A stretch of 64,000 bases of DNA from Nemertoderma westbladi. Lineage: Eukaryota; Animalia; Xenacoelomorpha. Positions 1 to 12,645 of this stretch are shown here, one piece after another. A model generated the notes under the pieces. It had not been told where the DNA came from, made no database searches, and was given only the letters and a program-made list of their open reading frames with translations. Where the stretch lies: positions 2,583-66,582 of the forward strand of contig JAUCBJ010003313.1 of NCBI GenBank assembly GCA_032718475.1, in the 5' to 3' direction. Each line of letters opens with the position of its first letter. Within the stretch, counting starts at the first letter, position 1. Both the position numbers and the translations under genes were made by a program.

Positions 1-8
1 ACTTTAGT

Positions 9-1376
9 TTAATTACTCATTTGCTCCAGTGTTATTCGGAGAAACTTAGTGGGGTTGCTGTCAAAATCTTTCGAATTCTTTGCAATTTCGCGTTCACGGG
101 AGCGTTTCTGCATTCCATTGAGCAGAGTTTTAGCTAGAGTACGCGATGCAGATTGAGTAGGTTGTGGCGTTATGTCGTAATACACAGTGATTGCGTGGCA
201 AACTTGTTCCAACTGCCGGAAACAAAGAACAGTTCCTTCGGGGACATTTCCTAGCCATTTCATTGCCGCCATTGTCCACCCACCAGACAAGCTCTTGTGA
301 AGTGATTATTAAACCACCCCAAGATAATGTCCGTGTGAAAGATAGGTCTTGCTCACAAGTTGGATAGGTGTTGTCGAGCTCAGGGTTCGATCTCACTATG
401 AAACGGTTTCATAGTGAGATCGAATCCTGAGCTCGACAACCTGCCACGTATCCACCAATTTGACGCTCGTCTTCACTCAATTGCACATCAGCAAAGGAGC
501 TCTATGTTCCGTCGTAAGGGATGTTAGTCGTAGAATTAAATTTTCATCCGCTTCATAAAGCTCAACGACATCTTGCCAACGTCCAACGGCGTTCCCGATT
601 CGTAATAATTAATTAGTTAATTAACTAATTTAGTAATTAGTTTTTCCGTTACCTGTGTAAAATAAACAAAATATATCTATTAACTTATTATATAAGTATT
701 TACTTACTGTACTGTAATAATTAATTATTTTGCCATATCTATGTACTCAGGTATACTTTTACCTATTACCTCTTAGCTTAGGCTACCAATTAAAGTCACA
801 CCAAAATTGATGAAAATTTCACCAAAAAAGTCGCTAAAAAAAGTCGCTAATTCGGATGGGGCATCGACCGCATAATCGAACACACTGTAGCCGTGGTAAA
901 CGAAACGTGTTTATCTCATCCGTTACAAGACACATGTGCTTTAGTTCTTCAGATTTCGCCTTCTTTAAGGCAGTTTGAACTAACAGTTCACTCTGGTAAC
1001 CGCCTGTTTTAATGAGCGCATCTTACGTTCAGAAGGTAAAATGGCGATTGCTCGCAATATTTGATAAGGGAGTCGTGGAAATCGCTGTATGCGTATAGCC
1101 AACATGTAATCCGATTTCCAGTAGGATTTGTAACAGTGTAGTTCAAGTTGTCGAGCGATAAACTCCAATTGGCTACGATATTTTGTCTCTTCTAAAGTCT
1201 ACAAAGCTGACTGGACAATCTTTCTTTGCCTCAGAAAGGAGCGCCGATTCGGATCGATTGAACCGCTTTACGGCAGCTACAACTTTAAAGAAGTATCTGC
1301 CGCTGGAAGTCGGACAGTACGTGTTAGTCCCCGGATAGTTCCCTTTGCAGCCATAAACACAACATTGTTTTCCCAT
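9..1376 (-). mobile_element. Degenerate THAP/P-element (THAP9-like) transposase relic
   Basis: 1173-1376 begins MGKQCCVYGCKGNY (THAP-type start). Minus-strand fragments read RWQDVVELYEADENLILRLTSLT (about 520-600) and GGYVAG..IVRSNPEL..LSWGGLI (about 300-460), which resemble P-type transposase motifs. Many breaks; no TIR identified. Confidence 0.6.
370..440. repeat. 35-bp-arm inverted repeat (1-nt loop, 1 mismatch)
   Basis: GTTGTCGAGCTCAGGGTTCGATCTCACTATGAAAC-G-GTTTCATAGTGAGATCGAATCCTGAGCTCGACAAC. Confidence 0.95.
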
Positions 1377-2498
1377 ATTATTATTAATATTACTGTATTA
1401 TTGGTATTAAATTATTAAAAATAATTATTAATCCGACTGTACATATCTCAGAATCTCAGTATCTGAATAAAAACTGAAAAGTAATCTTTCAGTTTCAGTT
1501 GTCAATCCAGTATGCCAGTGCCAGTGTTTAAGAGTCTGTCTGTCAGTGGGTCAGTGCAGTGGTAGGCTAAAATGTAAAAGAATGAAAAACATTGACCCCG
1601 CAAGCGGGGTCCGGATTACTGCTGTGCCAGTCCTTCAGTATAGTAGTAGTCCTTGGCTACACCAAAACTGTAACGGCAGAACGGTATGGTCAGGTCAGAT
1701 GGTACTGCACTGCAGTAGGCCTACAGGAGTACCGGTACTGGTACTGTAAAAAATTGACAGGTAGGAATAATAGAACAGTAGAAAGCCCCATTGAAGTCTG
1801 GACAATGATGTAGATAGGGCAGTAGGGTGCTATTGCTTTACTGCTACCAGCTGTACTGTCCAGCTGTCTGCTGTCTGACTGTGGTATCGGTACCTGTCTG
1901 TATATAGTACCTACTGACCTACAGACAGACAGAGCTGCATAGTACAGACTGACAGACCTAGGCCTATACCCCCTTCTGCAAAGTGATTTTTTTGTGCGCC
2001 GAACGCGACGCGGCGCAGAAAAAAATGTGCGCCTGCGCAGTCGAAAACAGTGCAAAATCCGCGTGCGCAGCAGAAAAACTGCGCGAAATTGGCAGTTAGC
2101 TACAATGGCCAAATCTGGCAATGATTGTGATTGCCATATTTGGCAACCAAGCAAAATCTGGCAACATTTCTGATTGCCTGATTTGGCAACTATATAAAGC
2201 CGTTGTTGCCATATTTGGCAACTTAACTAACAGACTAACTCATTGAATATGGATTATATGGTTCTGCGTCATTAAGTCCTTCTATGGCAGTATGGTCATT
2301 CCTTAGACTGTTAGATCCTGAAATGTTAATGTTAGGCCTAGAAAAAAGGCAAAGGAGTAGCGCCGGGTTACAGGTTATACTTATACCAGTAGTGCAGTAG
2401 TGGCATATTCTAAGTTCTAACCAATCAGCCAATACAGCAATATATCCTAATACATGAGGTGAGAATGAGAGTCAATAACACAAACACAGACTGACTGG

Positions 2499-3325
2499 TA
2501 GGGCTCGATCGGAGTTGGGATTTGGCCGGAGCCTGAGTTTGACAATTTGGCCGGAGCCGGAGCAGGAGCCGGAGTTTTTCAAAAATTTTAAAAATGTAAT
2601 TATTTATTAAAAAATAAATAAAGTATGGTTATCGTTCGCCAATCGCCAATAATCAATCATACTGTAGGTCTAATTAATTTCATAATTCAGTAATTTATCT
2701 GTCTGTCTGTTTATAGATTTTCGAATTTTCAATTTAAAATTTAAGTAATTAATTTATCACGGACAGACTGACAGACGGCCTGACGCTGACGGCTAAAAAT
2801 TACCTACAGTACCTAACTCACTAACTGTCTAATTGTGGTAGAGGTGTGTACTGTATGTAGCCTACCGTACGTGTACCAGTCTGCCAGTATTGCAGTCTGC
2901 AGTACACAGGTACAGTATGCTGGCATGACAGCAATAAATGGCTGCAGTGGTACAGTGTACAATCATAGCATTTACAATTTTTTCAGTCAGACAGTATGGC
3001 CTATCTGTAATAGTCTGCTAGTCAGCCAGCCTGCCAGCTGGCCAGTACCAGTACTGGTACTGCAGTACAGTCAACAGTCAGTCAGTCATTGACTTTAAGT
3101 AATAAATACTACAGTATTATGCTGGACTGCTGGATATTGAAGCTGTACTACAGTCTGACAGTACTTATAGTGTAAATAATTTTTCAGAATAGAATATGCA
3201 CGAAATACAGAAATATAATACTTTATTAAAAAATTAACTCCGGCAATATTTTTACCGGAGCCGGAGCCGGAGGTGCCAAAATGGCCAGAGCCGGAGCCGG
3301 AGGCCGGAGCTCCGATCGAGCCCTA
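2499..3325. mobile_element. hAT-type MITE
   Basis: TIR TAGGGCTCGATCGGAG...CTCCGATCGAGCCCTA; 8-bp TSD CTGACTGG (2491-2498 and 3326-3333); subterminal GCCGGA repeats. A fragment of the same family lies near 7350-7400. Confidence 0.9.
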
Positions 3326-4227
3326 CTGACTGGCAGACTGATGATAGTTTTTTTGCTTTTTTGACATTTTTGCTAGTAATCTCTGGCGCTGCTTGGGGAG
3401 GTGGTTGATTGTTGTTTGTACCGGTACCAATCAGCCAATAACAGTTTAGTAGTTAAAGATTGTAACTGTGTAATGCTGATACAATTGCCCAGCAATCTAA
3501 CAGTCTAAATCATCCTTCACTCTATATCCAGATATCAGTTCAGTATATCTATCTATCCATTCCTACATCAGTACATACAGACATATAATGAAAATAATTT
3601 CATCCCGTTTTTCATCATCTGATTAGGGCCTACTAGAAACAATTTGTTGAATCCCTTAACCTGTTAACACGCGTTTTGGTTTTCTCAGTCTTTCTAAATT
3701 TTGACACTATTTTTTTCCGTCACGCCGTTTCTCAAACTTTAATGCCCCCTTTCCTTTTGGTGATATTAACGTTCTGACGGGTCTTGCTTTAACGCGTATG
3801 CGGAGGCTACGCGGAGCCTCCGCGGAGCCTCCGCGTAGGTGAAAATAATTATGTTTTGCGTATCTGAAATTTATAAGACGGTAAGCGTAGGTAGCCAATA
3901 GAATAGCAGATATGCAAATAAGTGGGAAATTTAAATAAATGAGGCAGCGGACAGAGTTACTAGACAAGTCCGTAAAAGGTGCCACCCTGCTCCATAGCGC
4001 GGGAAATTCAAATGATTGAAAGACATGTTATTTGTACTGGAAAGGGTGGAAGACACCTTGGTGGCAGATCAGATCTGCCACCTATATATTGGCGGTAAAT
4101 TCAAATCTGTTTTAACATTGAATACATGAATAGAGTAAGACCAATCTGCCAATGTAATTCATTGAATCAGAATAAATTATTTATTATCGGTTTAACTCAC
4201 TCATCCGTTAATGTTGTTGATTTATCT

Positions 4228-4497
4228 ATTCTGGGACTTCGAGCACGTGAACAACTAAACCAGCACGCTAACTACAACTACCGGTAGTCTGGGGCTTCGA
4301 CTTTTCGAGCACCACGTGAACAACTAAACTGGCTGGTTACCTAGTCTGGGACTTCGAGCAGCACGTGAATAACTAAGCTGACTGGTTAACTAGTCTGGGA
4401 TTTCGAGCAGCACGTGTTCAACTAAGCTGCCTGGTTAACAAGTCTGGGACTTCGAGCAGCACGTAAACAACTAAGCTGACTGGTTAACTAGTCTGGT
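4228..4497. repeat. About 6 x 42-44-bp tandem repeat inside the MULE
   Basis: Unit approximately CTGGGACTTCGAGCAGCACGTGAACAACTAAGCTGACTGGTTAACTAGT. Confidence 0.85.
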
Positions 4498-4663
4498 ACA
4501 TGTCTGGAACAGATATAGCAGTATAGGCAGAAGCATTATACACCCATTGTTATCACAGTAGACCTACCTGCGAATGCTGCGATATATTTTACTATCAGTT
4601 CCCTGCTATATTGTTATAATTATAATGTTCTGATGTAATTATAACTGAACTTTGAACTTTTAA

Positions 4664-5192
4664 TTGCAACAAATTATTAACATTAAACATGATGTTAACC
4701 AGATAGTTATATCCGATGATATCGTTAATGAGTACAACCAACTTATTAACACGTATATTGCCGATGGCGTAGATGTTAGATTGTGTCAATATTTGTTGGA
4801 TATATTTCCTCTCTTTCGGGATCATTGTAATATTGGGATTTTGAAGCTGCGCGATAAACGAATTCTCTACAATCAGGCTAATGAATCTATGAACAAAGTA
4901 ATCAAGGATTTCACTCATTCTCTGCCAGTTGATGAAGCAATTATTCGTATTAAAGATGTTGTTAAGTATCAACATGAAGATATTATTAAAGGCTTCATAT
5001 AAACTGAAGAGACAGTTCGAACATCTGCAGTGGGACGAATCTGAGTTCTTTAAATTGGATTCTTCGGAAAGATCATGGCTATATACGAAACAAATTCAAA
5101 AGATACATAAACTTTTACTCAGTGAATCCTTTGCAATAGATACTAGTGGAATAGATACCATCCAGGATGAACCGATATACTACATTATATAG
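4664..5192 (+). pseudogene. Frameshifted C-terminal fragment of a MULE-like transposase
   Basis: NQANESMNKVIK..IKDVVKYQHEDIIKG then YKLKRQFEHLQWDESEFFKL in the next frame. This resembles the N-x-x-E-S-x-N catalytic-Glu region of animal MULEs and lies inside the TIRs. Confidence 0.55.
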
Positions 5193-7818
5193 TTGACGAG
5201 AAAAGTGATTTGGACGTCGACCATGGTAATACCGCTGAGATTAATGTTTCCAATAATGACGTGTTGCTGGCATCTACTTATATTTGATCTACTTATACGG
5301 TATATATACATCTACTTATATTCGATATTATATTTGACGGACAGATTGTCGGATAGTCAGATAGACATATAGACGGATGGTGGGGGATTCCCCCCCCCCC
5401 CCTTAATATTCGGTTTACAAGTAAGCTAAGATTGACTTTGTAATTAACTTGAATCCCCGCTGAATTGGGGCCAGGGTATAGTTTCCGCACAAATGCTTTA
5501 ATGGGACTAACCGGGACGCATATCTGCCTTGCACACTTAATAGTATGCACGGCCGGTCAATAAAATTGACCGACTGTGTTAGTCATAATATAGGCCGACC
5601 GTTTTAGCCATCTCAGTGTAGATCGGAGTTAGCTCGGTAGGCCTATAGGCCAGTATATTTTGCTTTTTAAGATCGGTATACCTCTGTACTGTATTGCATT
5701 GTTATAGCTCAGAATGGGTCGGTATATATACGTTTTAGAACGTACTGATTTATCTTTGCTAAACTGGGTACCGTACCAGTATGTTACTGTTAGTCTGTTC
5801 TTAAAGAACTTAATTTATATTATTATCATTATGGTATGTTCTGTTTAAGTCAGCATGTCCACTGTCTCATTAATTTAAATTTCCCACTGATTTGCATATC
5901 AGCTATTGGCTACCTACGCTTACCGTCTTAAAAATTTCAGATACGCAAAACATAATTATTTTCACCTACGCGGAGGCTCCGCGGAGGCTCCGCATACGCG
6001 TTAAAGCAAGACCCCGTTCTGACGTTGTCAAATATTATTACGTTTATTTCCATTTCAGCCTTTGAAGCATGTAATTCTTTAGATTTGTTTAGGGTCCTAC
6101 TAAATACTACAAAAAGCACAAAAAGAACAAAAAAGTAAAAAAAAAAAAGCACAAAAAACAAACACCCCCCACATACGAAGGTAAACCCATACCTATGATT
6201 GATTAATTTGCAACGTTCTGACCTACAGTATGTAAAGGCCACAATACTGCAAAGTGTATTTGTAATTAAAATCACTATAAAAAAACATAATAAAACACAT
6301 ACAGTTTAGATTAATAACTTAATAAAACTACAGTAAAATAGGATCGTGGGAAAGAACACCCAGGATCTAAGGCACTCATGGGGGTCGTAAATTAAGGTAA
6401 AATAAAATAGAATATTGATATATAAGATAAGTACGCATGAACTCCTAAACAACATTGCAAACAATCTGGCAGTTATTATAGAAATTTCAAAGTATACAGT
6501 AGTGTTACAACAGCAGTGGTTAACCCCAGGCAGGAACTGTGTTTCCAACAGACGCAGATATCGTAACCAAGGCAGTTCCGACCTAAGCGAGATTCTTGCA
6601 AGTATGACTATGGCTAATATCTGAACTAATATCGCCCACTCGAGAGGTTCGGGCAGACCGTGATGTGATAATTGTACAGTATGTCGATTTATCGGTGAAT
6701 AAAGGCATTCCAATAACAGAATAATCGCGATTTCGGTCAACACTGACATCCAGTTTACAAGCGCCTATGCTGCGTCGCTACATCTCCCACATCGCTACAT
6801 CATTACATACTGACTGACTGACATTGACAGATTGGTTACACTCCCTCAAAATTGAATTTGCATTGGCATGGCGCTCTTCAAAATTGTTTCAATGTGTGGC
6901 GCGCTTAAAAATTTAGTTGGCGCGGGGTTTTTTCGAAATTGCATCGGCGTGCTTAAAAATTTAGTTGGCGCAGGGTTTTTCAGGTGGTATAAATTTTAAA
7001 ATGCGACAATTTTGTATGGAATGCGCTTAGCGTTCTCATTTTTTCCTATGTTCGTCTATGGGGAAAATGCAGCAAGATTGGTTCTGGCGACGCCAAATTT
7101 TGGCGTTCAAAAGGACAAAATCGGGCGTTGTGTCCCTAACTGGTAGAGTACAGGAGTATGTTAAACCCCCTCCACCCTCTAGTGCAGCAGTGCAAACTCA
7201 CCCCCGCATTTATCAATTTTCACTCTGCTGTTCTGTGCAAATCCATCTCCGTCTCCCTGTCTCCGGTTAAATTTACCTAGCAGTGCCTAGTCAGCTAGTG
7301 TATCTTCCTCACTCCAGCTCCAGCAGTCCCGGCTGCGCGGTGTATATTAAGATCGGAGTTGGGATTTGTCCGGAGCCGGAGTTTTTAAAAAATTTAATTA
7401 TTTAGGCCTATTAAAAAAAATAAAGTACCGGTACTGTGATAAAAATGGGACGCCCGATTATGTCGGGCAATGCTTCATAAATATAATCATAAAACATAAT
7501 CATAAAACATAATCTGGCGTCCTAAACTGCTAAACGCCTATTTCTACCGACAAAATCGGGCGTTGTGTTCCTAACTGTCTACCGGAAGGGAAAATACACC
7601 CCAGGGCCAGGAGTGAGAATGCACTAGGGAATTTTAAATTGCTGGGGAGTTATTTTGCTTGGGGAGTGAAAATTCTTTGTTACACCGGTAACGGTAACGT
7701 AAGTGGTACCGTAGTCTGTAGTCTGATCATATTTCTTATTTTACATTAAAATATTAGGCTACCTTTTGTAGGGCACCTTTCCTGACTTCAGACCTTCCTC
7801 CGTACCAGTAATGCAGTA

Positions 7819-8685
7819 ATGGAAGACATCGAAGTTTATAAAGCGAAACATCGTTATAAAGGCCTCCCAGTCACATCCAAGAACGAACATCGGACAGACG
7901 TTCTAAAGTTCGGCAAAGGAGCGCTGTTCGAAGTACTCAAACGTTCGGACACTGGCTGGTGGGTGGCTCGTTGTATCACTGACGGCGGTTCTATTGGCTA
8001 CGTCCCAAGCAAATTCCTTCAAGTTACCTCGAAAAAGGTTATCAGAAAGCTGATAGACGATGGCGACTCCGCGAGCTTTGACGAAGATGACGACGATGAA
8101 AACGACGTGGCCGAAGAAGATATCCTAATTCCTGACGCGCCGCCTCTCCCTTCGCCATTTGACGTCTTATTTACTCGTAAAACGTCCTCCCCTGGAAACT
8201 CGGAAGTTACGGATCTCGTACAGAAAGGTCACATGCCGCACGAGATGGCCATTCACGATAAACTCAACAACGTGCTGCTGAAACCCACTAATTTGCCTCG
8301 ACCACCATCCCCACCTGCCTCCCCAGGGCTCTCGACCAAGCCGCCACATCCCTCCTTCGTGTCCCCCATAGCCGATCCTTCGGGGGAGACCTTGTTGATG
8401 CAACTCAATCAGGAGTTGTCATTCAACCAGCGTCTTGGAATCGACGTTCTCAAAAAGGATGAGATTCACAAGGCCTGGGCCACTAAGAATTGGCAGGCGA
8501 ATAAAACGCGTCAGCAGCAACACGAAGGTCACAGAAAGCGAAACAGTTTCGATAAGGCCTTGGAGAAGCAACACATAAAGCTAGAAGAGGCTGACAAACC
8601 CGTGAACCCGGAGGATGTTGGGAAAGAGAAACCTGCTTGGGCCAGCGTGCAGCTAAGGAAGACAGGAGTTAATGTGGACGATTGA
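7819..8685 (+). CDS. SH3-domain protein with acidic and proline-rich linker and a FAM107/DUF1151-like C-terminus (288 aa; single or terminal exon)
   Basis: SH3 motifs LKFGKGALFEVL..GWWVA..GYVPSKFL; PxxP tracts; C-terminal LNQELSFNQRLG..DKALEKQHIKLE..QLRKTG. Uninterrupted ORF, GC-richer than its flanks. Confidence 0.8.
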   Translation: MEDIEVYKAKHRYKGLPVTSKNEHRTDVLKFGKGALFEVLKRSDTGWWVARCITDGGSIGYVPSKFLQVTSKKVIRKLIDDGDSASFDEDDDDENDVAEEDILIPDAPPLPSPFDVLFTRKTSSPGNSEVTDLVQKGHMPHEMAIHDKLNNVLLKPTNLPRPPSPPASPGLSTKPPHPSFVSPIADPSGETLLMQLNQELSFNQRLGIDVLKKDEIHKAWATKNWQANKTRQQQHEGHRKRNSFDKALEKQHIKLEEADKPVNPEDVGKEKPAWASVQLRKTGVNVDD

Positions 8686-10825
8686 GTTGTTTAATAACAA
8701 GTAATGTTTGTTCAGCACCCAGTATAGGCCTATACGAGTACCGGTAGGTTTATAAGAATAGGTTTATATTCCATTATCTCTCAGTGCAATTATTTCTTTA
8801 GCCATATCCAATCTACCTGTACTTTAATATCCGGCTATTAACTACTTCAGTAGGTATTATTTAGAATTTAACTTAGTAGATAATAATATCCTTTATTTAT
8901 ATAAATAATGATATTTATATTGTCAATTTAAATTTAATAATTTTTTAGATTAATTTGTGTTGTTTCTTTTTATTTCTACCGTCGGATGTTAGAGATTTCC
9001 CATATTGTTCTTAGAATCAGTTAGATTACATACTGGTACACGGTTTCACTTCAACAGTATATTATATACCGGTACTTGTAATTAATAGCTAATTAGTTTA
9101 TATTTATATTATTGTAAGAAATGAAGCAGAACAAATGTATTCATTTACTCAATAATTTATGAGTATTAATATTTCATTGTTCATAATCATATTTACATTT
9201 AGTGTAACTTATCATAATTAATTACTAATAATTAACCGTCGCGTATATAATTAGTATACTGGTAATTCGATTATCTATACATTTTGCTTCGCCTTTGTAT
9301 TTTTGTTTGTTTCAACATTCCATATTAATTATAGTTGCTACCGGTAATTAAATTGATTGCAATCAGTAGTTTTGTTTAAGTCAATGTTTCATAGTACTCA
9401 AGATTCAAGGACAGAGACTGTAAGGGATCGATATTATAATATATCATTAATATTTGGTCTCAATAAAACTTAATTAATTATTGCTCAATATGTCTCCATT
9501 GTATTTCCTTCCTTCTTTTATCAGATGTCCATGATTTACACTCCGAATGGTGTGGTGGGGATTCCCATAGGCACTCGAAATATCGAATAACTTTATTTCA
9601 GATGAATCTAATTTATTTGGTATTTCTATTTAGTTGCTAGTTCATTTCTATGGTTTAGATATTCATTTACCTTGCTATGACGTCATGCTTTAATTACTCT
9701 TTTTGTTTACCCTTTTGTCTAACACTTCTTTTATTAACGTTTTGTATATTGTATAAACTTTTTTCAGTGTCACTACAAAATATAGCTTATTCAGAAATGC
9801 TTAATATATTATTATGGAAGTAATATCGTCGCTTAAGTACGTGTAGGCCCTAAAAATCTGGTTTGTAAATTTTGCAGAAGCAATATCCGAAACAGAAAGT
9901 TAACATTCTTAAAACAAATGGTATGCATGGGAATATGGGAATAACAAAGGATTTGAGGGGAATTTGCGACATAATTGGATTGATGGCTCATTTGAAACTA
10001 TAAGTATAATTTTATTTAACATCTGTTTGTCGGTTCCATCTGGCTTGGAATTTTGCACCGTGTAATTTTTCTGAGTTCTGATTTCCAATAATATTCGGAA
10101 TATTATACTATACAGTCTAAACTTAATCTTTTTTGGAATTTACAATAATTATTAGACTGGATAATAATACATAGGGTTAGATAATGTCGTTTAATAATGT
10201 GGTGCCCATTTTTTACATTAAGGATCATCATTTTCTAAAAATGTTTGTTTTACTGGTAATGTCATTGTGCTTAGATTGCAATGTAGCTAAATGTTTTACA
10301 TTCTGTTCAGATTGAAATTATAATCAAGATGGCAGTGGTCAGTGGCAACTGTTCGAAAACCACAAACCTCACTTTATGTAGATTTCATACTCCATGGCAT
10401 CCTGACGAAAATGCTCCTGAGTCTGGAATCCAGGGGCGATAGCTACTGCACTCTGCGGCAAATATAAGTTATGTGACAGCATTTCAACTTTATTTAAAAA
10501 GCTTAACTCGAGTTGGACCTCATAGAGGGTGTGCACTTTTAAGACACATCACGACACGTCCTGGAAATGATTGTTAATATATAACGAAACTGCCTCTTTA
10601 GGTTGATAGTTGTAGGAAAGAGACACCGACACCCTCTCATTTATATGTGTCAGAATTAAGATGTGAAAGGTTCGATCCCGGAACACATCTTACATCTTTT
10701 TGTTTAAAAAAATAACGCATCAACCTTCGGATTACTAGCAAAAATGAAACTGCTTGGATTGTACCTTCGTTTATTGTATTAGTTACAATCAAGGCGTACT
10801 ATATAAGGCCATGCCATCGAGTTAA

Positions 10826-12645
10826 CTACTACTACTACTAGGTCGAGCGAACTCGGACAGTGGAAATGAGATCCTTCCAGGCTTCCCGATTCTCCATAGT
10901 TGTCGCAATTTCGTTTCTCCCAAGTTCAGTATCCCTTTCAAGTTGATCTATATATGTTATGGCAGGTCGTCCACGACTACGCTTTCCATGAGTTGGTTGC
11001 CAGAAAAGTAGATCTGGTATGACCTCGTATTTACTTCGCCAGCAGTGCCCACTGAATCTTAATCTGCGTTCACGGAGGGTGGTTGATACAGGTGGTATTG
11101 TACCATAAAGCTCGGCGTTTGTCATGTGTTGTCTCCAGCTGATGTTTAGGGCTGCCCTTAGTAGTCTTGTGTAGCAACCATCAATTCGTTGTTCAAGTGA
11201 TTTAGTCAGTGTCCAGGTCTCACCCCCGTATAAAAATACACTTTCCACTGTGGCTCGAAAGAACTTGGTCTTCAGGTGCCTGGAGAGATCTGATTTCCAG
11301 ATGGTATCCATTTTTGATAGAGCTACCCAAGCCTTTGCTTTCCTAACTTCTATGTCCTTTTTGCTACTCTCTATCCACGATCCAAGGTACTGGAAGTCAT
11401 CGACCTTCCTTAGTTGATTATTATCAATGGTTGTCAAGTTTCCATCAACATTAAAGGTCATGAATTCGGTCTTGGTAGCATTTATATGCAATCCAACCTC
11501 CTTAGCAGCCCTCTCCACTTTATTTAATAGAAGCTGTGCATCTGCTAGCGTATTAGAGAGCAGGGCGATGTCATCCGCAAAGTCGGTGTCTGTGACTGTA
11601 GTTGCCGGTATCTACTACTTCTGCGTTCTTGAAGTGTGAATCCCAGATCTTCACCCTTTGTGGCCGTCCTCATTGCGTAATCCAGCACAATTACAAATAG
11701 TAATGGTGCTAATGTGTCACCTTGCAGTACGCCAGCCAGGATTGAGAAAAACTCAGTTTCACCATCTGGTGAGAGTACCTGCGCTTCTGTGTCACAATAT
11801 AACAATCCAATGCCAGCAACAATTACTTCAGGTATTCCATAAGCTCTTAGGATTTCAAGCATTTTACCTCTATGGATAGAGTCGAATGCCTTCTTGAAGT
11901 CCACAAAAGTCATGACTGCGGGGAGATTCTTTGACTTAATTCCTTCTATCAGTCTCCGTAGTGCAAGTATCTGAGCTATTGTTGATCTACTTGGTCGAAA
12001 TCCGTTTTGGCTCTTACGCAGTAGTTTCTCTATGTGAGGCCTAATCCTATATAGAATCATTTTATTGTATATTTTGGCAGCTACCACAAGCAGACAGATC
12101 CCACGATAGTTTGTTGGTATGCCGAGGTCTCCTTTCTTGGGGAGAGGCTTTAGTTGACCTTTAGTCCAAATTAGTGGTGGCTTTTCCCCTTTTAGCATCC
12201 GGTTGCAAACATTCAATAATGGTCTGTTTAGCACTCCGGTTTTCCATACCTCCGCTGGGATTTCATCTAATCCACTCGCTTTATTATTGGACATGCTTTT
12301 AATGCTTCTTTGGAGTTCGGCAGGTGTGAAGTCCCCTGTTTCTATAGGTAGTGTCTTGTCATATATTTTCCTTGTAGGGCTGACCTCGATGTTTGGTGGC
12401 TGCCCAAGCAAGTTGCTGAACTGATTTTTCCACTTCCCAACACGTTCTTCAGGACTATCGGCTTTGAGGCGCCCCTTTGCACAACTTTTCCGACCAGATG
12501 CCTCATTTACAGTTTGCCAGGTAAGTCTTGATTGTTGCTGTATGTGAGCAGTTGTAATTGCTTCAGTTTTATCCTGTATGTACTTTTCCTGGCTGATGTT
12601 GTAGGCCAATTTAAGATCGTCCTTAGCTTTCTCAACCTTGTTAAT
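10826..12645 (-). mobile_element. RTE-clade LINE, 5'-truncated (RT + C-terminus, one frameshift)
   Basis: ORFs 11545-12666 and 10838-11518: QNGFRPSRST, FVDFKKAFDS, GVLQGDTLAP, then FADD in the shifted frame, RLRFSGHCWR. The (TAG)n tail starts at the stop codon. Confidence 0.92.

Larger units (their letters stand above)
3779..6014 (+). mobile_element. Mutator/MULE-like non-autonomous DNA transposon
   Basis: About 150-165-bp TIRs starting GGGTCTTGCTTTAACGCGTATGCGGAG; 9-bp TSD CGTTCTGAC (3770-3778 and 6015-6023); internal transposase-like relic. Confidence 0.85.

Noticed and set aside
1546-3092. Several short ORFs
   Set aside because: No recognisable motifs; they lie in low-complexity, footprint-rich or MITE sequence.
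4228-4497. Repeat-spacer-like pattern
   Set aside because: Units are wholly repeated; it is an ordinary minisatellite inside a MULE.
6860-7580. Repeated CAAAATCGGGCGTTGTGT(C/T)CCTAACT ends, probably MITE termini
   Set aside because: Both copies are in the same orientation; no matching opposite end or TSD found.
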